Shown here piece by piece: positions 52,752 through 64,000 of a stretch of DNA of 64,000 nucleotides. How positions within the stretch are numbered: position 1 is the stretch's first letter; each line of letters begins with the position of its first letter. The notes beneath the pieces were generated by a model, which saw only the letters and a program-made list of their open reading frames with translations, did not search any database and was not told where the DNA came from. Source of the DNA: Camelus dromedarius (Eukaryota); contig NC_087437.1 in assembly GCF_036321535.1 (NCBI RefSeq), positions 70,434,001 through 70,498,000 on the forward strand, read 5' to 3'. The position numbers and the translations under genes were made by a program.

Positions 52752-55700
52752 AAGAGTAATTTTAATTTCCTGTAGTAAATAACTATGGAAGGCTTATTTA
52801 CATACTCACACATTAATCCTTTCTCTCCCCTGTAGTTGACAAAGTTAATCTGTTCAGCATTTATAGAATACTTCCTGCTTAAAAATCTTTGGTTTGTTCA
52901 TGGCTGTAATTGAATGATGAGCCATTCCCTTTCATACTCTCTTAAACTACAGAAACTTCCTCTTCATTGTAGATGCTGAACTTGAGGCACAGAATAGGTA
53001 GTCAGCAGGGTTACGGTTACTTCACAGAGGCAGTGCAAAATTAAAACCTGATTTTGGTATCATCCAGCTTTTCTGTGAATCCATGTGTGTTGAGATACAA
53101 AATATACTTTTAAAGCCCATGGTATTTTCAAATAAATTTACTCATAACCTAAATCATGAGTTACATAATTTTTTATAATGGTCTCCAGATATTATAAGCC
53201 AAATATGCCCCTGAAACTTAGTGTCATAGAGTGACAAAAGCATTGTGGTAAACAATAGCTTGTTGAAACCATAATATAATCTAATCTTTATATTTAGCTA
53301 GGCAAGGTCTTTATTAAAGAATCGTGAATCTGGCTATATATAAAAATACACCTCCATTAAGTGATAACTGGAAGTCATGAGTATCCAGGACTAGACTGAG
53401 ATAGCAAAGCTCAGCTCAGAGGTTAATTTCTAACTTTACGTAGCCAGTAAGTGACTGAGATAGAATTTAAACTCAGCTCTGCTCAACTAAAATACCTGCA
53501 TTTGTCCCACTTCACCCAAGTTGATTCCCAAAGTGTTGAAATGTTTTTATGTTGAAAATATAAGAAAGGAGTGTTATTTGTGTGAGAGTGGACTCAGGGA
53601 GCAGAAAGTAAAGCCATTCCTAAAAGAACTGAATAGAATTGGAAGCATTTGTTGATCCTTTCTACCTCATGATTATGGAATATTACAGCTATGTTTTCTT
53701 TAGGAATATTCGATAAACCAACAATTTGAATTTTAAAAACAGATAATTAGTAATTGTATGAATTATGATGTGTGTTATCTACTGAACAATTCCCAGGACT
53801 TGGAGCTCTTCTGGTGCACTTCTCTTCTAGGTAATATAACTATATGCTCATAGGACAGAAAACATTAGAAGTAAGCATTAGACATCCCTGTCAGAAAAAA
53901 AATAAAGATTAAATAAAAAAGAAAATTAGATAATATCTGAAATAACTATATAGTTAAATGTGAAAGTTATTTTGATTTACAAAGGAATTATTTGCAACCA
54001 AAATATATTAATTGAATTAACTTATTTTAGTTTGCCTTGTTCCTGCTACTATAAGAACCAAAGAGAAGAAAGTATCCCTTTGCTAAAGTGCAGATTTCTC
54101 TCTGGTATGGATCACTCTTACACCATGGTGAAAGTCAGACCTAGTTCTAGGCATGGGAGTTAGAGTTCTGAGTAAGAAGACCAAGAACCTATAACTCATG
54201 GAGTTAACATGGTGATAGGGTGGTAGTGTGTGTGTATGGGAGAAGACAACAAATGAATTATTAAGTACATAAATAAGATATATTTCAGAAGTAGTGTGGG
54301 CTATTCAGGAAGTACAACAGAAAAAGTAGGAGTGGCTAGGGTATGGAGAGTGGTTATTGGTGGCCTTTCTGTGGAAATCATGTTGAACCAAGAGTGCAAT
54401 AATATGGAAAAGCCAGTCAAGGAAGGACCTGGAGTGCAAGAAATTTGATCTCTGTATCCTTACAGGTTGCTCAGGGTTGTGCAAGGTATATGTGTATTAG
54501 AACAGACAGGTAAGCGGATGCATGTCCCATCTATTAGCTATTAACAATGTATATTAAGAGATCTGCTTCCAGTTGACCCTTCTCTTTATCCTGATAGTAA
54601 ACACAGCAAAAATAAGCATTCAGTAATGGATTAAATAAGCTTAACTATATCTTCCTAGAATTTTACAGACTTGTTATTTGTGAAAGCCAAAGTTAGGCCA
54701 CAAAGACAGGGACAGGATTCATTGCTACTCTTAGCTGTCCTTATCAATTCCATTGCCCACTTTGATGCCAAGGATTGGTAGGGATTCTTGAACCATCATC
54801 TCTTCCTTTGGAAAATCATCTTTTCTAGAAGTAATATCATCCTTTTTCCTCTTTTTCTATATATCAAGACTGTAAATGAAAATGGAAGATCAAACTGAAT
54901 ATTCTTAGATTTTTTTTTCAAGTATTAGTCTCATAGTAGGTCAATATTTAACATAGAACCTTTTAGGAATATGTAGTTACCTTTCCATTTGAGTTGAACA
55001 CAGGAAATCTGTTCTTCTCATCTCTATTTTCATTCTGAAGTAGAAATTTCTCTAAATGCTTCATTCAAAATTAAATTGTTTATCTATAACTAGACAAAGA
55101 CGTGTGGTTGTAAATTATTGAAATTGATGAGATTTGATTGAATTTTTCTGAGTTTAATGTGTCTTATCAGCATTGCGCTCACGGTATTATTGTTTTCCCA
55201 TTGCTTGCTGCTATAACAGATGACAGTATTACCATGACCCAGGATGATACCAAAAGAAAAAATACACAAGGAAGCAAATATTCTATCGTGAGCATTTGAA
55301 AAACAGAGCCAAGTAACATTTTCAGAAATGGTCAAGTTTTTAGATAAGAGGATTTAAAATTATTTTTATTAGAGAAACTAAAAAGCTCTCCATATAATTT
55401 TTGATAGGCTTTGCCTACATTCTAATTTATAAACCAACCTATAGTGTGATTAATAGCACAACAATGTTAGCACTTACACCATTGTATCTTACCACGGAAA
55501 CTCCCGTAGTTCTGCTTATCACAATAGTGGAAACCGGAAATGAAAGGAAAGAACCACTTTCTTTCTTAGAAATACCACAGTGAACAGTTTTTACTATGTA
55601 ACTTAGATGACCATATAATTTGTCATCCAAACCATGACTGAAAGATTTTGCTTTTAAAAACAACTATCCAAGTATCAAGACTATTAAGTCATAGTGGAAG

Positions 55701-56459
55701 AAGGCCGTTAATGTTACTGAAGCCTCAAATACCACAAACTAAAAAGACACAGAGTACTTCTTATAACTTGTAAGCATGCAAGAACTATAATGTTATAAAA
55801 TATCAAAAACTTTTAAAGAATGCTTCTGACAATGTATACCTGAATGATAAACCCATTTTGATTTTTTGTTCTACTCAAGTTGTATATTTGAGAACATATA
55901 TAGAATAGAGTCAAGAAAACTCCTGGGCCAGAGCTGAAAGTTGGTAGCGAGGTATATAAGGAGTACATTTCTGAGTAGTCTTGTTTAGCATGTTTCAGCA
56001 CTTTCTTAGAACTAAACTGTTGAGACCTAGAAGCACTATTTGTACAATGAGTATAGTATTTAAGATAGTATTTAGTTTTTTCAGCTTATCAAGATTTTCA
56101 GCATATACATTATTTCCTATTGTCATAAAGACATGACTACAGGTGTCTACAACATACCAAATAGAGATTTGTTTGTTGCAGTAGCTATGGATGCTCAAAA
56201 TAGATACTTAAGTCTCAAACATATTTTCCACTATCCTGTATTGGATTATTAAGACATAAAAGTACAAACTGTTAGAACTATAAGAAAATGTAGATATTAT
56301 CTTTTTACTGTAATTCAGTTATTTTACAGATGAGAAAATGGAAACATAGTGAAGTTGAATAGGACTAGACAAGTGCAGAGTGAGGAAATGAGCAATACCG
56401 TACTCTAATTTTATTTTCACCATTTTTACTTCACTTTTCACCATTTACCACTACACTGA

Positions 56460-57470
56460 AAAATATTTTTGCTAATTTTATTTTTAAAGTGCATAGACAT
56501 GGTAAAATTTCTAAAAATAAAATGATATATACAAGGATATAAAATGAAAAGTATGTCTTTACCAACTTACAGTGCTACTACCAGAAATAGACAATTTCAA
56601 GTGTATTCATGTACAGAAATGTACCTATCTACCTGTATTTTTTAAATGAGAGTCAATCATACCGTTCAAATTTTCTTTATATTTTGTTTTTTCTTTTTAA
56701 TACTATATGTTAGAGACTTACAATGTTTATACTATAGTAAATTAAGCTATATTAACTTCTTTTTGTAGCTTCCTAATATTTCCATTTTATAAAATATGAG
56801 AGTAACAAAATGTATTTAACCACAGTCTATGGATACTTAGTTATTTCCAATTTGTTCCCTATTCCAAAAATATTGCAATAAACAGCCTTCTAGAAATATC
56901 TTATACTTATATTAATATATACATATTGTAATTTCCTAGATATATTTGTATAATTAAAATTTTGACAACTTTAAAAATTTTTCCTTTAAAAACATTGTTA
57001 TAATATATACTTCTAACAACAGTAAATGAGAATCCCTGCTTTCTTAAAGCCTCACCAATACTTGATTTTAACAATTTTTTTCTAGTCTAAAAAGTGAAAT
57101 AATATTTCATCACTGTTTTGATTTGTGTTTATTTATGAGTTGGATTAAACACCATTTAAAAATTTTACTGTCCATTTGTATTTCTTTTTCTGTGAAGTGG
57201 CTGTTAAATACTTTCTATTTTTTATCTTTTATTGATTTGTATATGGAAAATAACACTTATTCTGTTACAAGTTTTAAAATATTTCTCAGTTTTTAATTTG
57301 CTTTTTGGCTTTTGCTATGGTCGTTTTATGCATTTATCAGTCATTTCCTTTATGGTATAGAAAATTCGTATCAAAAAACTACACATATTTTCTTCTAGTA
57401 CATTTGTAATTTAGTCTCTTTTAATATTGACATCTTTAATTCAACACAGATTTATTTTTGTATACTATAT
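56460..57470 (-). mobile_element. Old L1ME-like 3' fragment
   Basis: ATGGATACTTAGTTATTTCCAA, TGAGAATCCCTGCTTTC..CCTCACCAATACTTG, TTTGTATTTCTTTTTCTGTGAA. Confidence 0.6.
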
Positions 57471-58269
57471 ATTTTTAAAAAATTTGTTAATACTTAGAAA
57501 TTAAAATACGAAATTTTTATTTTATCACTTGAAAAACAGGATCATTTTTCCCCCCATGAATTCCCTAGGAAGACAGAGATTAGCACTATGGTTTAAAAAA
57601 AAAAGGTGCTAGAATGAGAACTGAAATGTCAAAATTGACATTTTTAAAATTTATCAATCACTGATGTCTATTGTTTATGATATAGGAAAATCCCAAGAAA
57701 CTTTTTTACTTATGAGAATAAATTACTATATTTTGATAATCTAAGCAATGATTAAATCAGTGAAAGCATCATAGACTAAATCAAACCCCTAGGGAGATAC
57801 TTTTAACAGCAATTCCAGTTCATGTGGTAATGTTAATTTTACTTACTTAAGAGAAGCACTTACATATCAGTAAGACCCTATAACTGAACACATAAAATAA
57901 AAATGTGAACACTGTAGTTTAAGCAGGATGCAGCAGCTAAGTGATGAAAAGATGTGTTTGTTCCTTCAAAATTTCACTTCAAGTCATCATCATTACTAAA
58001 AGGCACTTACTTTATATGGTTTTCCTAAGCTTGAAAAGCAGTTTAGAGACTCTAAGGGTTCTGATAGCTGACATCTTTGTAAGGTTTGTAAATAAGTAAA
58101 GGAGCCATTCAGTTAGAAAGTTGAATATCCATAAAGGAACATCATTCAGTTTAATATCTGTTATATTTATGACTGGAGTTGACTAAGAGAGAAGAAAGGA
58201 CAGGTGAAATGTCAGTCTTAGTGAGGGAGAGGAAATGTAATTTAACTTTTTCCTAGTCTTCACTTTATT

Positions 58270-58790
58270 TTTTATAGAATATTCTTTTTTCTGTTATAAA
58301 AGTAATATGCCATCATGATAAAACTATTTGGAAAACACACACAAAAAAAAAGGCAGAAAGAAGACAATAAAATCACCCTTGATGTTACTATTACCACTTA
58401 AAAAAAGTCATTATTAACATTTTGATGTGTATAGGTATGTATGCATGCAAAAAACATAGGATTATACTCTGTGCATGATTGTGGATTCTGATTCAACTAA
58501 CAATATATTATGAAAACTTGTTTCTGTTAATAAGTAATTTTTCTCTGGCATGATTTTTTATTGATTATATAGTTTCCATACAATGGATGTGTTATAATAT
58601 TTTAGCCAATGTCTTATTCTTGGACATATAAGTTACTTTCAGTTTTTCTCTATTATAAATAACCTATTGATTAATATCAATATGTACATATTTTTATGAA
58701 CATTCTTGATTATGTTCAGGACAAATTACCATAAGTAGAATAGTTGAGTCAAAGATATACATGTTTTTCAAGATTTTGGTGCATTTAGCT
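58270..58790 (-). mobile_element. Old L1ME-like 3' fragment
   Basis: TTTAGCCAATGTCTTATTCTTGGACAT..TTTCAGTTTTTCTCTATTATAAATAAC..GTTGAGTCAAAG. Confidence 0.6.
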
Positions 58791-61700
58791 ATACCACTTA
58801 CACATTGCTGTGGCTTTACCAGAGGTCTCAGGGAGTGTCTTTTTGCTCATATCCTGTCAGTTCTTGGTATATAAATTTATATGGCTCAAAGAAAAGCTGT
58901 GTAGTGGTCTGGGAAGGATGAGTACAAAAAGGTGGGAAGAGGTCAAGTAGAGGTAAGAGATGTTGTCACCTAAGAGGTGTTTGCAGGCTGATGCAAGCTA
59001 CTGAGAGCAGCTTTCTCCAAAACAAACTTGCATTTTTAGAGGCAGCTCAGACTCTGCGTTTTAACTTGCCACAGTTGAAATGTCCCTATTTGCTTTGAGG
59101 CCGTGGCCCAACCCTTCAGGCACACCCCATGTATTCAGTGATTGAGACCACTTACTCGTACTAATCATTGCACACAGAAAATACATAAAAGATTTGTATT
59201 CATCACTCAATATATTTTGCTCCTCAAGTGCCATGAAACATTCAGGGTATATTAACTGGCAAATGCACACCTGGAGTATGTTACTTAGCTTTAGAAACTG
59301 CTAATTTAAAAAAAATCAAATATTTAATTTTGAGGAAAAATCAGTTTTGGATTTTGAGCATATATATCATCTTTCATTTTGGCCCAATTAACCCAGCAGG
59401 TGTGTGTAAATTAGGTCACTACTTTGTCACCGTGGTAACATGCTTTGGGGAGGTGGATCTTAACCACCTCCAGCACAGGTGATGTTGGCTGAGTTAGTAT
59501 TAAGAGATGCTTTACAAACAAACAAGGCAGAATTTTATACGTTAGAGTGTAGAAAATAGGTCTGGTTCTGGGTACCAGCAGATAAATATACTATGACATG
59601 AAAATAAGGACTACCTCAGATTTGTATTACTAAGGGAGATCTAATAAGCCTCAGAAATAGAACTTTCATGTGAAACTTGTAATCTCTGAAAGGACAGTAA
59701 AGCTTACTGATGATCACTCATGAGGTGATTGTCTCATTGCCTCATGGAGTAAGGAGTTCAGAAGACAGAGCCAGGTTCCCGAGTTTAAGGAGCTTAAAAG
59801 TGTTTTTAGAGATAAGCCATGGTTTTCAGAGGGTCAACCCCTTCCTGCCTATTCATTCTAGTGACTAAAATCTAGTCAGTATCTAATGGTTTTTAAAAGA
59901 ATGGTGTCTAAACATTTCTTCTAAGTGTCTTTTTTGTCATTATTCATAAACTGCTTTTGGGTTAAGAAGTTGGCAGACTTGGTCTATGCCAGCACTCCAG
60001 CATTAACACAAGTCTCTAACTCAGGCTTCTTCTCACCAGGTGGAAAATCAGACATGCTTTGAGATTGCTGGTAGAGATTGTGCAATCTGTTGGGCTGCCG
60101 AAGGTTCCAAATCCTGTGGGCATTCTGCAGCCCCACAGAGTGGTAGAATTTCCTCACTTATCACTGACAAGTTCACACCTCTCTTGGTCATTAAAATTGT
60201 AATCTGCCTTATCAGTTGCAGAAACCGGGCCAAGTTAATGATATTAAGTATATTTCTGAAGAAGTGCATCTCCTATGACCACTGTCAGCACTCAGTTACA
60301 GAGGATATTTCCATTGAGCCTATGAAGCTAGTTCATACATGGCTTTATGTTTTTCAGTATGTCCTATATGCTGCATTTTTGTATACCATATTTTTGTGTG
60401 TGTGATATTTTACACATGGCATTTCAGAAACTTCAATCCCTCTAGTGTTTATTTTCAGTTGCCTGTGACTGTAGCTTTATTACTTATTTTGTGTGTTTTC
60501 AGTATTAGTATTTACAAAACACCTGACCAGACTCTTCAAGATTGCTTCCCATAATTTCCCTCTCTATGAATCAAGGATGGGAGGTACAGAGAAAAGTCTG
60601 GTGATTTGTGACTTAGCCTGTGTCAGAGTATGTGAATTCACTTTCAAATGAGAATCGAGGGCCCTTGATTTTCAGGTTTTGTTTTTTTTTAAATCTCCCA
60701 AGAGTCTTACAAGTTTGGAGACTTACAAAGGGATAGTGCTGCTAAGTGAAGAAACAGTTAACTCAAGTACTCTTTTTATCTCTTATTTTTCTTTTACCAC
60801 CATATACCCCCTCCCTGTATTCAAGACTTCCTTTCCCATCTACTTCTCAGTGGACACACTGGAAAAATTTCTTTTAAAGAGCTGGTTCATAACATAAAAA
60901 CTTGAAGTCTCAGTTACATCTGTTAACTCGATAAGGGTAAGGGTGTGTATTGTTCCCTGGAGAACGATATGCAGTATTCTACCCCTGTCTGTTCAGGGAA
61001 CAAGGTGGGTGGCAGCATGAATTAGCATCAGAACAGAGCTTTATCACAGTGGAATCCCAGGTTGTTTTAGGAATAAGACTTGAAACAAAAGTGTATGAAG
61101 GGACTGAATCCATCAAATCTAATAAAGGAAACTAGTAGATTCAGAGAACTTGGACCCCTGAATTGTAGTAACCAAGCTGGTAGGGGGGTGGGGAGGCTGG
61201 TGTGTGGAAATGGGCAGTTAAACAACGTAGTGCTGTATCTTTCTTTCATTGTTTGATGAAATAATTTTTGTCCCTTTTAACTAGTATGTTTAAAAAAAAA
61301 AAAGAAAAGAGCCTGGTATATGTGAAACAAAGAGCTTACACAGTCACTGAGCTGGTTGGTTTTTATACCTTCCTTTACTGAGTATTGTCCTTCAGTACAA
61401 TACAGAGCCATTTCTTTGTTCTCACGAGCTAGCAGTTAAATTGTATGTAAATGTATGCAAATTAGATGCTGTCTAATAAAGAGAGTCATTAGATGGAAGA
61501 AATATTTAGTTTAGGAAAAAAAAGCAGGTGTATTGTATAAAAGAAAATGTAAGGCTACAAAAAAGCCCAAACTTTTGCGGACAGTTATAGAAAAAATTGT
61601 TAAAATAGATATTTAAAAGACTTACGTCTTCCTGACCTTTCCTTTGTGCTTATATATATGTGTGTGTTTTTAAAATATTTACATATAAAACTAGGGGATT

Positions 61701-62289
61701 GGCTTCTTTCCCAGAATTACTGGAAGCACCTTCACCAGGAACATTTGGACTTGAATAATCTCCACAGCAGCATTTTCTTTCTTGAATTAAATGAATTGTA
61801 AAGTGGGTGATTGGCCTAGGAACACTGACTGTTTATTTGGGTTTCTTTCCTTTGGGTTGATAGAAGCTTAGTGGCTCTGTGGTGGGTGCCTTGCAATTGA
61901 CTGTCTCGGCCACTTTAAGGTCCCCCTTTCATGCTTCTCCACCCAGTCTCTTAAAGGCTGCTGAAGGCTCCTTAAGTAAGCTATCTTTATAAGCTCCTTG
62001 AGAGGAACCAATAGTTCCTTTCGAACTTCATCAATGCTGTATTAAATGTTTAGCATAATGCCTACTACTTAGTAAGCATTCATATTTATTTTTGAATGAT
62101 TAAGTGAATGAGTTGATAAATGAAATGTAATATTACATACATTAAATATTTTAATGGTCAGTAAAGTGGTTATGGGTATGTTAAGATCTTTGGAGTCCCT
62201 AGCAAACAGTCATGGAAGCAATTCCTCAGGTTTGCACACAGCAGTTATATAGTAAGTGCACAGTGAAAAAACTACTTTGCTGTCTGGTT

Positions 62290-62540
62290 TCTTCAAGCAG
62301 CAAATGTGTTGAGTGGTCACCATGTGCACCACTTCTTATGGCAGCTGTTGTGGGGGCAAAGATGAATAGGCAGAGTGTTTCTCTCCAGGAGCTCCTAGTC
62401 TTCTAGAGAAGACACACACTTAATATAGCCAACTGTACAAAGCAGAGTTACAGATAAACTATTATGGGAACATGAGAGAGGAAGGGAGAAATTCTGATTA
62501 AAGAGTGTTTGAGATGGTTTCTTGGAGGAAAGTGGAACTA
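62290..62540 (-). mobile_element. L2 fragment
   Basis: CAAATGTGTTGAGTGG..CAAAGATGAATAGG..CCAGGAGCTCCTAGTCTTCTAG. Confidence 0.65.
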
Positions 62541-63009
62541 AATTAATAAGCCTCGAAGGTCATGAGGAACAGATAGTTGGCTATGATGGAGTGGAGAGAA
62601 GCAGAGTTGCAGAAGTCTCTAAGTTTCAATCCCAAGTTAATAGAAATATACTAGATTTTCTTCTAATCTCCTATGAATTCCCAGCAACAGCTTGATGTTA
62701 ACCTCTGTGGAAATACAAATGAAGGCTGTGATGGATACAATAATGACTAAAGTTAAATTATAACTCAGAGTCAAAATTTTAATCCCATTCAGCCACTGAA
62801 TAGGAAATAAGATAAAGTATGCAAAAAGACTTTATAACTTCTAATTCTAAGGTATTAGAAATATAAAATTTTGTTATTATTAATAATGTGTAAAGTTTCC
62901 ATGGTATGAAAGAAAATCTAGGGGATAAGAGGTTTAGGGACTTAGAATGGGATACCTTATGTATGTATAGTGCCTTAAAGTTTAAAAGGTATCTTCCTAA
63001 ATTGCTGTC

Positions 63010-63145
63010 TTATTTATTTTCACAACAGCCCTTGAGGTTGCAGAACTGGCATTATTATTTCCATTTTACAAGTGAAGAAACTAAAGTTCGGAGAAGTTAA
63101 ATGACTTAGCCAAGGTCACACACTAAGTGTCAGAGCCAGATTTTC
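63010..63145 (-). mobile_element. MIR SINE
   Basis: CCATTTTACAAGTGAAGAAACTAAAGTTCGGAGAAGTTAAATGACTTAGCCAAGGTCACAC. Confidence 0.85.
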
Positions 63146-63570
63146 CCGACAGATTGTCTAGTTCTTTTCATATACCTCATTGTTACCCAGAAACAGAATA
63201 TGGGAGAATGATAAAGCTCGAGAAGCAGCATACATCTTGGTTCTAACTTTATTCAAAATGTTTTTGGTTGATTTAGTTTTATATCTGCATTTTCTCCATT
63301 TTGGTATAGGTAAAATATGCAAGACTAAAATTGAAGGAGGCAAGCATGGACAAGAAATGATTCTTTTGGTAACTGATAGGGGTAGGAAAATCATAATGGG
63401 TTGAAAGCATTTTAATTTATTTTCTTGACTTTTGAGTTAAAGAAAAGGTTTCAATGTGAAGGTGCAAAACACACTGCACTGAACTCATCTTGGAGGTAAC
63501 CAAAGGGCTGTGGGACTAACAGCTTTTGATATTACTTAGTGCTTATTATTGTTATTATTATTATTTCTTT

Positions 63571-63645
63571 TTAATTATGCAAAGTGCTAATCAGTTTGAT
63601 TATGCACAGTGCTAATCAGGTTAATTATGCAAAGTGCTAATCAGT
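63571..63645. repeat. 3 x 25 bp tandem repeat (TTAATTATGCAAAGTGCTAATCAGT)
   Basis: Units 63571-63595, 63596-63620 (3 substitutions) and 63621-63645 (identical to unit 1). Confidence 0.95.
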
Positions 63646-64000
63646 TCTTCTTGAAGCACACGAGGAGAGCAGAGGTGCTGGCGGTGAATGGCGTAAGCTA
63701 GATGGGGGTAGTCACGGCAGTCATTCCTTATTAAGATAGGTGTAGACAAGATAGCAAGGGGGATTTATCCGTAAAGAAAGAGGAAAGGAAAGATAACTAT
63801 GAGCACAAGAAAGACTGTGGTTTTGGCAGGATGGTGCTTACGGGTAGAAAGCTGTTTTTTCCCCTGTTGCATAGTTTGGTTACATAGTCTCTGCTATATT
63901 TTGAAGGCACTCATTTGAAGCCAAAAGTACTGCAGAGGGAAAGAAACAGAGTATTGTATAGCTAGACAAGTTGTCAAAACAACTTATTGTAGTTGGCAAG

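Noticed and set aside
55220..55293. Plus-strand exon-like segment (DDSITMTQDDTKRKNTQGSKYSI|gtgagc)
   Set aside because: Weak acceptor and donor context and an unrecognised peptide; not distinguishable from chance
63571..63645. CRISPR-like direct repeats
   Set aside because: Units are head-to-tail with no spacers, there are no cas genes, and the DNA is mammalian

Overview
AT-rich mammalian genomic DNA, intronic or intergenic. It is most likely camelid, inferred from a tRNA-derived vic-1-type SINE at 40061-40184. I recognise no intact protein-coding gene, and nearly all ORFs in the track are L1 fragments, microsatellite artefacts or chance ORFs. About 2.5-17.3 kb is almost entirely minus-strand LINE-1. 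It includes a full-length but inactivated L1 (7771-15770, with TSDs) that sits inside an older L1. That element carries a 1.1 kb nested L1 3' fragment with its own TSD, which in turn carries a 71 bp inverted L1 fragment with its own TSD and a 340 bp pure-pyrimidine TTC-type expansion. The rest of the window holds ancient eutherian repeats (MER2, MER63, LTR16, LTR33, MLT1, L2, MIR, old L1M) and unique sequence. The unique sequence contains candidate regulatory elements (an E-box cluster, an NF-kB plus ETS/IRF module, a 3x25 bp POU/homeobox-motif repeat) and several isolated short exon-like segments on both strands. Repeat family names come from my recall of consensus sequences, not from a database search, and old-repeat boundaries are approximate.
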